Source: an uncultured cyanobacterium (GTDB lineage: Bacteria > Cyanobacteriota > Cyanobacteriia > Cyanobacteriales > Nostocaceae). From it: a stretch of DNA of 64,000 bases. The number at the start of each line of letters is the position of its first letter. Positions within the stretch are counted from its first letter, which is position 1. Below the pieces are notes generated by a model. It was not told where the DNA came from and searched no databases. It worked only from the letters and a program-made list of their open reading frames with translations. This document shows positions 39,796 through 48,718 of the stretch, piece after piece. Position numbers and translations under genes: made by a program. The DNA lies in contig CAVUDP010000002.1 in the NCBI GenBank assembly GCA_963740315.1, positions 2,368,001-2,432,000 of the forward strand, given 5' to 3'.

Positions 39796-40071
39796 ATGGC
39801 ATTTATTAAAATACAGAACGTTGTCATTAATACGGATTACATAGCCGCAGTAAGGTTTAATAATCAGACCGGCTCCGATAAAAAGAGCGTTTCTGTTTTA
39901 GTAACTACTCCCAAACCTGCCCTTTTTGAATGGGAAACCGTGTCTTCACATCGTCAAAACGAATGGATGGAATTCACGGGTGTTGCTGCAAAGGCATTAG
40001 AAGATTATTTTTCCAGCTTCAATAATGTAACTGACCTTTTGCCTCAGTGTCATGAAACAAGTTTAATTTAG
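39796..40071 (+). CDS. Small hypothetical protein of the hgl island (asr5349-like position)
   Basis: 91-aa ATG ORF 'MAFIKIQNVVINTDYIAAV' in an otherwise long intergenic region. Confidence 0.7.
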   Translation: MAFIKIQNVVINTDYIAAVRFNNQTGSDKKSVSVLVTTPKPALFEWETVSSHRQNEWMEFTGVAAKALEDYFSSFNNVTDLLPQCHETSLI

Positions 40072-40379
40072 ACTTTTTCTTCTACCGTAAGATAGACGCG
40101 CAATGAGGACAAAATATTGGAAAGTATAAGTAGAGGAAATTATCTAAAAAATTTAAAAAAATAAATTAAACGGGGCTGCATTTCTCCTGAAATTATTGTT
40201 TGGGAAAAAGTATTTATAATTTACTTATCCAAATTAGTCATCCAATTTACTCATCCAATTTATTTATGAATTGGGTAGCTATACTATCTGCTCTAATAAC
40301 GGTATAGCTGAATTTTGTAGTCGCTACAAGTTTTATTTTAGCTATCGCAAGCAACCATACTAAAGTTATTTCATGTCCT

Positions 40380-43300
40380 ATGTCGGTTCAACCATTCGAT
40401 AAGGCATTGGCGCAATTGGAAGAACAAATCAACAATTGCGAAAAGGCTGTGAAGAGATTTATTAAAGTCAAACAAAAAATGCCCTCACAAGAATCTATTT
40501 CAATGAACAAAGTTAACACGCAATTGCAACATACTCCTATAGCCATCATTGGTATGGCATCAATTTTTCCCGAAGCTCGGAATTTACAGGAATATTGGCA
40601 AAATATTGTTAATAAAATAGATTGTATTACGGATATTCCCGAAACTCATTGGAATCTAGATGATTATTACGACGCTAATCCTAGAACTGCTGCCGACAAA
40701 ACTTATTGCAACAAGGGTGGATTTATTCCCCAGGTTGATTTTAACCCGATGGAATTCGGTATTCCCCCTAACATCTTGGAAGTTACAGATGTTTCGCAAC
40801 TATTAAGTTTGGTGGTTGCGAAGGAAGCAATGGAGGATGCTGGATACGATGAAAAACGCGAATTCAGCCGCGACAATATTGGAGTTGTCTTGGGTTCGGC
40901 AGCTTTGAAATTAGGGGTACCGTTGAGTGCGAGGTTGCAGTATCCTGTTTGGAGAAAAGCTTTAAAAAGCAGCGGTTTATCCGATGAAGATACAGAAAAA
41001 ATTATTGAAAAAATCCAAAGTGCTTACGTTAAGTGGGATGAGAATGCATTCCCCGGAATGTTATCGAATGTAGTTTCCGGGCGCATCGCCAACCGCTTTA
41101 ACTTTGGCGGGCTTAACTGTACGGTGGATGCGGCTTGTGCTAGTTCTTTGGCTGCTTTGAAAGTAGCAATTGGCGAGCTGGTAGAGCATCGCAGCGATAT
41201 GATGCTTACCGGAGGCGTGGATACAGATAATTCGATTACAGCATATATCAGTTTTAGTAAAACACCAGCGGTTTCTCCCGGCGACAAAGTTAAACCTTTT
41301 GATGCAAAATCCGACGGGATGATGTTGGGTGAAGGTTTGGGAATGATGGTTCTCAAGCGTTTGTCGGATGCCGAACGAGACGGCGATAAAATCTATGCAG
41401 TTATCAAGGGAGTTGGTACTTCTAGCGACGGCAGATTTAAGAGTATTTACGCACCTCGCAAAGAAGGACAAGTATCAGCTTTGCGACGAGCTTATGAAGA
41501 TGCAGGATTCGATCCTAGTACCGTAGATTTAGTAGAAGCCCACGGTACCGGGACTATGGCAGGCGATCCTACCGAGTTTGCATCTTTGCGAGAATATTTT
41601 AGCGAAGATAATTCTAAGAAACAGCATATTGCTTTGGGTAGCGTTAAATCGCAAATTGGACATACCAAAGCTGCGGCTGGTGCGGCTAGCTTGATTAAAA
41701 CCGTCTTGGCGCTGCATCACAAAATATTACCGCCTACCATCAACGTCACCCAGCCCAACCCCAAACTCAATATTAAAAATTCTCCCTTTTATTTGAATGC
41801 AGAAACTCGCCCTTGGATACGCGCCCAAGGACAATCACCCAGACGTGCGGGTGTAAGCTCTTTCGGCTTCGGTGGAACCAATTATCATATAGTCTTGGAA
41901 GAATACAACAGCGATCGCGATAGTGCGTATCGCTTGCACAAAGCACCCGATCAAGTGCTGTTGTTTGCAGAAAATCAAGCTGAGTTATTACAGCATAGTC
42001 TTACTACTTTAGAAAAGTTGCAATCGGCAACTGGAAACAAACATTATTCCGAACTGGTAGAAGCGAGCAAATTTAAAGAAATTCCCCAATCTTACGCCAG
42101 AATCGGGTTTGTTGCATCCTCAATATCAGAGGCTTGTAAGAGACTGCAAGTAAGCATCGACTTGCTGCAAAACAAACCATCAGCAACCGAATGGGAACAT
42201 CCCACCGGAATTCATTACCGTGCAGAAGGTTTGGATTTAGCCGGGAAAGTAGTTGCATTGTTCTCCGGACAAGGTTCGCAATATTTAAATATGGGCAAAG
42301 AAGTATTGATGAACTTCCCCCCATTGCGCCAAATGTACGGCTACATGGATAGTTTGTTACTCAAAGATAACTTGCAGCCGCTCTCGGAAATCGTCTTTCC
42401 CCATCCAGTATTTGAAGAAGAAGAGAAAAACGCGCAAATTGCTGCATTACAGCGCACCGAATACGCTCAACCAGCCATTGGAATGTTGAGTGCGGGATAT
42501 TATAAAGTGTTGCAACAAGCTGGATTTAAACCTGATTTTGTTGCCGGACATAGTTTCGGAGAACTAACAGCGCTGTGGGCGAGTGAAGCTTTAAGTGATG
42601 CAGATTATTGCGCCTTAGTCAAAGCTAGAGGTCAAGCAATGGCTGCACCCGAAGATCCCAACCACGATACCGGCGCGATGTTAGCGGTAAAAGAAGACTT
42701 AGGTAAAATCGAAGTATTCCTTAAAGATTATCCAAAAGTCCAGATTGCGAACTTGAACTCACCGCGTCAAGTCGTATTAGCCGGACCCACGCCAGAAATT
42801 CATCGATTACAAAAGATTCTCCACGACTCCGGATGTGCCGCCGTAGTGCTACCAGTTGCCGCCGCCTTCCACACACCGCTGATTGCCTTTGCTCAAAAAT
42901 CATTCGCGATCGCAACCAAAAGTATAGAATTCAAATCCCCCAAAATTCCCGTTTACACCAACGTTACAGCAAAACAGTATGAGAGAGAACCCCGCGACTT
43001 ACAAAAAACCCTCGAATCACAACTATCCAACTCTGTATTATTTAAACAGGAAATAGAAAACATCTATGCAGACGGTGGTTACTGCTTCGTAGAATTCGGA
43101 CCCAGAAAAATTCTCACCAACTTAGTCAAAGATATATTAGGCGATCGCCCTCATATGGCAGTTGCTTTAAATTCAAGTCCCAGAAAAGACAGCGACTACT
43201 GTTTGAGAGAAGCCGTCATCCAGTTACGGGTTGCCGGGATAACTTTGAAAAACCTCGACCCCTATCAAGTACCGTCGGTAGTTAAACCTACGGAAGCTAA

Positions 43301-45758
43301 AAAAGGGTTGAATATCAAACTAAACGGCAGTAACTACATATCCGAGAAAACCAAACAGCGATGGGAAAAAGCGTTAAGCGAAAAGCATCAAGTCGAAATA
43401 GAAGCGAACAAACCCGTAGTTGCCTCTTTATCTACAGCAACCATTACGCAAACCCCTGAAAGTACTTTCGCTAACAGCAACGGTAACGGCGGCATCGGGC
43501 AAGCGGGGCAAAGAGACAAGGAGACAAAGAGACAAGAAGACAAGATAGAATCCACCTCCATCCCCGCGAGCAACAACGGAAACGGACGTAACAAAGTAGT
43601 AGCAATAAAAGAGGAGACAAGGAAACAAGGAGACATAGGATCTACCCCCTCCACCCCCTCCACCCCCTCTTCCCCCTCCCCCTCTCCCTCCCCCGCACCG
43701 CAGTCAATCTCTAAATTAAATATGCATATGGAAACTAAACCAAACGAACTTATAAACTACGAACAAGTTTTAGAAAGCTTGGAATACGTTTTAACTCAAT
43801 TTGGACAAAATCAAAGCGAGAATTTGCAAGTTCACGCACAATATCTTAATCATCAAGTGGAATATGTTAAAACATTTTTCCAACTGATGCAGCAACAAAA
43901 TTCCTTGTTTGGTAAAACTGAATCTACCGAAGCACTCAAGCCAAAAGTTGTTGAAAGCTTAGAGCGCGGTATGATTAAGTTCCACAGCCATCAAGGTGAT
44001 ACCCTGCGCGTTCACGAACAGTATTTACAAAATCAAGTAGAATATACCAAGAACTTCTTCCAACTTTTACAGCAAGAATACGAACAGATAGTTGAAAACG
44101 AAGGTGATATTGAACTCAAAACAAGCTTGACAATACCCGTCACTGAAAATCAAAATAATGCTGCTTCAATAATTGAGAAAAAAGAAGCACCACCTACTAA
44201 TACACAACCAATCGAGACAAATACTGTTACCGAAGTTAGTTCTGTTAAGACAGCTACAACAATTGAAACCGAACCAGAATTGAAGTCAGAAGCTGCAATT
44301 GAAAATGGTAATGGTTTTCAAAAAGATTCTATCCCTACTACCAATGTAGACTTATCCGATTTAGCTACAAACCTCTTAGCCATTACCAGTGAAAAGACGG
44401 GTTATCCTGTAGAAATGCTGGAGATGGATATGGATATGGAGGCTGATTTAGGCATCGATTCCATCAAACGAGTTGAAATTATGGGTGCATTGCAAGAAAT
44501 GTATCCCGACCTACCTAAATCTGATAACGTAGAAGAATTAAGCGAACTGCGTACTATCGGTCAAATAGTAGAGTATCTGCAATCTATGTGTTCTAGTTCT
44601 TCTAGTTCTTCTGGTAGCACCCCGGTTGAAATCGAAACGGTAGAAATTGAAACAGAAATTCCAGAAGTTGAGCCTCCGGTAGTTGATATTCCTACTGCGG
44701 AAGTAGAAACTCCAGAAGTAGAAACAGTAGAAAGTTCAGCAGTTGATACCAGCAACCTCGGTCAAAGTATGTTAGAAATAACCAGCGAAAAGACGGGTTA
44801 TCCTGTCGAAATGCTGGAAATGGACATGGATATGGAAGCCGATTTGGGTATTGACTCTATTAAACGGGTAGAAATCATGGGTGCATTACAAGAAGCATAC
44901 CCGGATTTACCCAAACCCGATAACTTAGAAGAAATAAGCGAACTACGGACAATCGGACAAATAGTTGATTATCTCCAGACATTATCTGGGGGTGAAAAAA
45001 AAAAGTTACAGTCTGACACCAGCCAGCCATTAAATCAAATCGGGGGGGTTGTAAGACACAGGGCTAAATTGCAACCCCTTCCCGAACCAGATTTTTTAGA
45101 ATTTGCACTAGCATCGGGACACATCGCTTTAATTACCGATGATGGTTCCCCCACCACTTCCGAACTAGCCGAGTCTTTAACTAAAAGCGGTTTGTCCGTC
45201 TGCGTTTTAAGCTTTCCTCAATCAATAATTGGCGAACGTTCGGTACTATCGAGCAATATCAAAAACATAATTTTAGAAGATTTAAGCGAGGAGCATCTGC
45301 AACAACAGTTAACGGCAATTGCAGCTAATTGCGGTCCCATAGGCGCTTTCATCCATATTCATCCAATATTTAACAGCACGGCGCAATCGGTAAACTATTT
45401 CCCAGAAGAAAAAGCGATCGTCAAACAAGTTTTCTTCATCGCCAAACATCTTAAAAAATCTCTTAATACAGCAGCAGAAAACGGACGTAGCTGCTTTTGT
45501 ACGGTAACTCGACTTGATGGCGCTTTCGGGCTAGAACAAAAAATTAACTTTGGCGCTATTGCTGGTGGATTATGCGGACTAACTAAAACCCTTAATTGGG
45601 AATGGGCACAAGTCTTTTGTAGAGCAATTGACATCCACCCCGAAATCGGTGCTGGCAGTTGTGTCAACCACATCCAAGCCGAATTACACGATCCCAATCA
45701 TCTAATTACCGAAGTTGGCTACGGAAATCAAGGAAGGATAACAATTACGGTTGAGTAA
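40380..45758 (+). CDS. hglE: Heterocyst glycolipid synthase, PfaA-like PKS (KS-AT-2xACP-partial KR)
   Basis: KS DAACASS/EAHGTGT/GHTK, AT GHSFG, two ACPs DLGIDSIKRVE. Confidence 0.92.
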   Translation: MSVQPFDKALAQLEEQINNCEKAVKRFIKVKQKMPSQESISMNKVNTQLQHTPIAIIGMASIFPEARNLQEYWQNIVNKIDCITDIPETHWNLDDYYDANPRTAADKTYCNKGGFIPQVDFNPMEFGIPPNILEVTDVSQLLSLVVAKEAMEDAGYDEKREFSRDNIGVVLGSAALKLGVPLSARLQYPVWRKALKSSGLSDEDTEKIIEKIQSAYVKWDENAFPGMLSNVVSGRIANRFNFGGLNCTVDAACASSLAALKVAIGELVEHRSDMMLTGGVDTDNSITAYISFSKTPAVSPGDKVKPFDAKSDGMMLGEGLGMMVLKRLSDAERDGDKIYAVIKGVGTSSDGRFKSIYAPRKEGQVSALRRAYEDAGFDPSTVDLVEAHGTGTMAGDPTEFASLREYFSEDNSKKQHIALGSVKSQIGHTKAAAGAASLIKTVLALHHKILPPTINVTQPNPKLNIKNSPFYLNAETRPWIRAQGQSPRRAGVSSFGFGGTNYHIVLEEYNSDRDSAYRLHKAPDQVLLFAENQAELLQHSLTTLEKLQSATGNKHYSELVEASKFKEIPQSYARIGFVASSISEACKRLQVSIDLLQNKPSATEWEHPTGIHYRAEGLDLAGKVVALFSGQGSQYLNMGKEVLMNFPPLRQMYGYMDSLLLKDNLQPLSEIVFPHPVFEEEEKNAQIAALQRTEYAQPAIGMLSAGYYKVLQQAGFKPDFVAGHSFGELTALWASEALSDADYCALVKARGQAMAAPEDPNHDTGAMLAVKEDLGKIEVFLKDYPKVQIANLNSPRQVVLAGPTPEIHRLQKILHDSGCAAVVLPVAAAFHTPLIAFAQKSFAIATKSIEFKSPKIPVYTNVTAKQYEREPRDLQKTLESQLSNSVLFKQEIENIYADGGYCFVEFGPRKILTNLVKDILGDRPHMAVALNSSPRKDSDYCLREAVIQLRVAGITLKNLDPYQVPSVVKPTEAKKGLNIKLNGSNYISEKTKQRWEKALSEKHQVEIEANKPVVASLSTATITQTPESTFANSNGNGGIGQAGQRDKETKRQEDKIESTSIPASNNGNGRNKVVAIKEETRKQGDIGSTPSTPSTPSSPSPSPSPAPQSISKLNMHMETKPNELINYEQVLESLEYVLTQFGQNQSENLQVHAQYLNHQVEYVKTFFQLMQQQNSLFGKTESTEALKPKVVESLERGMIKFHSHQGDTLRVHEQYLQNQVEYTKNFFQLLQQEYEQIVENEGDIELKTSLTIPVTENQNNAASIIEKKEAPPTNTQPIETNTVTEVSSVKTATTIETEPELKSEAAIENGNGFQKDSIPTTNVDLSDLATNLLAITSEKTGYPVEMLEMDMDMEADLGIDSIKRVEIMGALQEMYPDLPKSDNVEELSELRTIGQIVEYLQSMCSSSSSSSGSTPVEIETVEIETEIPEVEPPVVDIPTAEVETPEVETVESSAVDTSNLGQSMLEITSEKTGYPVEMLEMDMDMEADLGIDSIKRVEIMGALQEAYPDLPKPDNLEEISELRTIGQIVDYLQTLSGGEKKKLQSDTSQPLNQIGGVVRHRAKLQPLPEPDFLEFALASGHIALITDDGSPTTSELAESLTKSGLSVCVLSFPQSIIGERSVLSSNIKNIILEDLSEEHLQQQLTAIAANCGPIGAFIHIHPIFNSTAQSVNYFPEEKAIVKQVFFIAKHLKKSLNTAAENGRSCFCTVTRLDGAFGLEQKINFGAIAGGLCGLTKTLNWEWAQVFCRAIDIHPEIGAGSCVNHIQAELHDPNHLITEVGYGNQGRITITVE

Positions 45759-45759
45759 T

Positions 45760-45938
45760 TAAGGTTAAAGGTTAAAGGTTAAAGGTTAAAGGTTAAAGGT
45801 TTAAATTCTCCTTGTCCCCTTGTCTCCTTGTCTCCTTGTCTCCTTGTCTCCCTATCTCCCTATCTCCCTATCTCCCTATCTCCCTATCTCCTTGTCCCCT
45901 TGTCTCCCTATCCCCTTGTCTCCCTATCTCCTATTCCC
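45760..45938. repeat. STRR arrays (AAGGTTA; CCTTGTCT; CCCTATCT)
   Basis: Long tandem 7-8 bp arrays. Confidence 0.9.
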
Positions 45939-45954
45939 CGTTCCCTAAAAGGGG

Positions 45955-45984
45955 CTAGAGGCTTCGCAATTGCGAAGCCTCTAG
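45955..45984. other. Perfect 30-bp palindrome
   Basis: CTAGAGGCTTCGCAA|TTGCGAAGCCTCTAG. Confidence 0.85.
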
Positions 45985-46112
45985 GGGGGGAAGTGGGGAG
46001 TTGGGGAGTAAAGGAGTCCTCGCGGGTTAAAAAGCTAAAACTTATAACTTTCTCGAACCCCTTGGAACTCCGTCTTCAAAGTTAGGAGTTTTGAATTACA
46101 TACTAATATACC

Positions 46113-46706
46113 ATGTCTGAACATCAAAAAAATAATTATGTCGGTCGCGTTGTCGATTGGAGTAAACAAGCACCTATTCGAGCCGCAAAAATCACATTTG
46201 AGAATGATAGTGATGATAGCTCAGTAGTTTGTTACAGCGATCTAGAAGGAATTTACCGATTTTCTGCCAACCCCAATAACAACGGAGTTATTCAAGGAAA
46301 AATAACGGTAGAAGCGAACGGTTATCAAACTTATCAATCCAACATTAATTCACCAGGAGATAAACCCGATCTTGGCGATATTACCCTTGTTGGAGGTACT
46401 AGTACAACTCATACGACGACGAATGTAAAAGAAACATCCGCATCAAGTACGGATAGCACTAACACGGATAGCACTAACACGGATAGTGGAAATAATACGA
46501 ATAGCACTACCAAGAATAATACGAATAATACAAATAATTCTGACAGCGACCAATTAATTCCAGTGTTAATAGCTTTGATGGTAGTTTTTTTCACGTTCAC
46601 CACATTTGCTATTGTATCTGCCATAAAAAAAGAGCGTTTTGATAATAATAGACCCAATAATTACATCAACTTCCATCAATTACCAATTAATCAGGTCAAA
46701 GGTTAA
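46113..46706 (+). CDS. Hypothetical protein: beta-sandwich-like domain, T/N/S/D linker, C-terminal TM
   Basis: '[29 protein letters not shown]' resembles carboxypeptidase-regulatory-like domains; lies between hglE and hglG. Confidence 0.65.
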   Translation: MSEHQKNNYVGRVVDWSKQAPIRAAKITFENDSDDSSVVCYSDLEGIYRFSANPNNNGVIQGKITVEANGYQTYQSNINSPGDKPDLGDITLVGGTSTTHTTTNVKETSASSTDSTNTDSTNTDSGNNTNSTTKNNTNNTNNSDSDQLIPVLIALMVVFFTFTTFAIVSAIKKERFDNNRPNNYINFHQLPINQVKG

Positions 46707-46791
46707 AAGTTAAGTTTTTTAGCTGTTAAAGCAAGGATTAAAATCCTTACTACAAACATAGATCGGTTATCATTATTACTTATAAAAACTC

Positions 46792-48531
46792 ATGAAAACA
46801 GCAACTTCAATTCATCCCGAATCAGTTTTTCTTGTTAGCGGTGGTGCTAAAGGTATTACTGCAAAATGCGTTGTTGAATTAGCACAACAGTATCCGTGTA
46901 AGTTTATTTTACTAGGTCGTTCGGAACTTTTAGAATCTGAACCTTTGTTTGCAATAGATTGCTTTGATGAAGCAGTTTTAAAAAAACGCATTATGGAAGA
47001 TTTGCTTTCCCAAGGAGAAAAACCTACTCCCATGCAGGTTAAAAAGATTTATAATCAAATTATTTCCGACCGGGAAATTAAACAAACTTTGCAAACAATT
47101 AAAAAAGTAGGTAGTGAAGCACAATATATTAGCGCTGATGTCATAAATCAAAATGATTTACAGCAAAAAATAGCTGCTGTTACAGAAAGTATGGGTAAAG
47201 TAACTGGTATTATTCATGGTGCGGGTAATTTAGCTGATAAGCTAATTGAAAAAAAGACGGAAGCGGATTTTGAAAAAGTTTACAGCGCCAAAATTCAAGG
47301 TTTAGAAAATTTACTTGGTTGCGTTAATCTTTCTGAATTAGAACATTTAGTTTTATATTCTTCTGTTGCTGGTTTTTACGGTAATGTCGGTCAATCAGAT
47401 TACGCTTTATCTAACGAAATTCTCAACAAATCGGCTCATTTGCTCAAACAACAGTATCCTCAATGTCATGTAGTGGCTATCAATTGGGGTGGTTGGGATA
47501 GCGGTATGGTAACGCCGGAATTGAAGAAAGAATTTGCACGTCGGGGTATTGAAATTATTCCGGTAGAAGCGGGAGCAAAAATGTTAGTCAACGAACTTCA
47601 TGACTCTTTCCGCGATTCTACACAAGTTGTTATAGGTAGTCCGATTTCTCCACCCCCAGCACCCTTAAATTCTCAGTTGAGAAGTCATCGCATTCATCGA
47701 CGATTAACAGAAGCAGCCAATCCTTTTATACAAGATCATATAGTCGGTGGGAAGCCGGTTTTACCTGCTACCTGTGGAACCGCATGGATAATTAATGCTT
47801 GCGAACAGCTTTATCCAGGATATAGGTTTTATTACTACAATAATTTTAAAGTATTGAAGGGAATACCTTTTGATGAAAAACTAGCAGATGAATATATCTT
47901 AGATTTAGAAGAAATCGCTAAAAATGAACAGCAAGAAATAATTTTTAAAGCAAAAATATGGAGTAGAAATAGCAACGGAAAAATTAATTTTCATTTCAGT
48001 ATTGATGACATTCATTTGTTACCGAAATATAGCTCAAGCCCAACTTACAAACAATTGAATATGACCGAAGATAATGTCATAACTATCACGGGTAATGACT
48101 TTTATCAAGAAAATTCATCAATATTTCCTTTATTCCACGGAGAATCTTTCAAAGGACTTACAAAAGTATTAAATATTAGTCCAGAAAAGATTACTACTGA
48201 ATGCGTTTGGCAAGAAATCGATCGCAAACAACAAGGGCAGTTTCCCATTCAATGGGTAAATCCTTTCTCCGTTGATTTGAGTACTCATCCTTTATGGATT
48301 TGGTTGCAGCATTATCATCAAGAAATTTGTTTACCCGCAGAAATTAAAAAACACGAACAATTTGCAGCAACTCCCAGCGATCGACCTTTTTACGTTTCTT
48401 GCGAAGTTACAAATAAAACCAATAGCAGTGTTAGTGCGGATTTCACAATCCACGACAACCAAGGTAAAATTTATTCCCGTTTATTAGGTGGTAAAGGAAT
48501 TATTATTCCAACTAAGTCTTTGAAAAAGTAG
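46792..48531 (+). CDS. hglG: PKS ketoreductase-dehydratase
   Basis: SGGAKGIT, HGAGNLAD, GQSDYALSN; DH motif DHIVGGKPVLP. Confidence 0.88.
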   Translation: MKTATSIHPESVFLVSGGAKGITAKCVVELAQQYPCKFILLGRSELLESEPLFAIDCFDEAVLKKRIMEDLLSQGEKPTPMQVKKIYNQIISDREIKQTLQTIKKVGSEAQYISADVINQNDLQQKIAAVTESMGKVTGIIHGAGNLADKLIEKKTEADFEKVYSAKIQGLENLLGCVNLSELEHLVLYSSVAGFYGNVGQSDYALSNEILNKSAHLLKQQYPQCHVVAINWGGWDSGMVTPELKKEFARRGIEIIPVEAGAKMLVNELHDSFRDSTQVVIGSPISPPPAPLNSQLRSHRIHRRLTEAANPFIQDHIVGGKPVLPATCGTAWIINACEQLYPGYRFYYYNNFKVLKGIPFDEKLADEYILDLEEIAKNEQQEIIFKAKIWSRNSNGKINFHFSIDDIHLLPKYSSSPTYKQLNMTEDNVITITGNDFYQENSSIFPLFHGESFKGLTKVLNISPEKITTECVWQEIDRKQQGQFPIQWVNPFSVDLSTHPLWIWLQHYHQEICLPAEIKKHEQFAATPSDRPFYVSCEVTNKTNSSVSADFTIHDNQGKIYSRLLGGKGIIIPTKSLKK

Positions 48532-48544
48532 GAATTGGGAATAA

Positions 48545-48670
48545 GTAGGAGTTAGGAGTTAGGAGTTAGGAGTTATGAGTTATGAGTTATGAGTTTTCTA
48601 TCTCCCCCATCCCCCCATCTCCCCATCTCCCCATCTCCCCATCCCCCCATCCCCCCCTCTCCCCCCTCCC
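48545..48670. repeat. STRR arrays (TAGGAGT, TATGAGT, CCCCATCT)
   Basis: Tandem units. Confidence 0.85.
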
Positions 48671-48718
48671 TGTATTAATTAATAATTGTTCATTGATAAT
48701 TGATAACTAAATAAAAGT

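Noticed and set aside
41024..45697. Antisense ORFs within hglE and similar shadow ORFs in other long genes
   Set aside because: Fully overlap well-supported genes and have no motifs.
45828..46085. 85-aa ORF between hglE and the next gene
   Set aside because: Starts in a CCTTGTCT array; repeat-derived.
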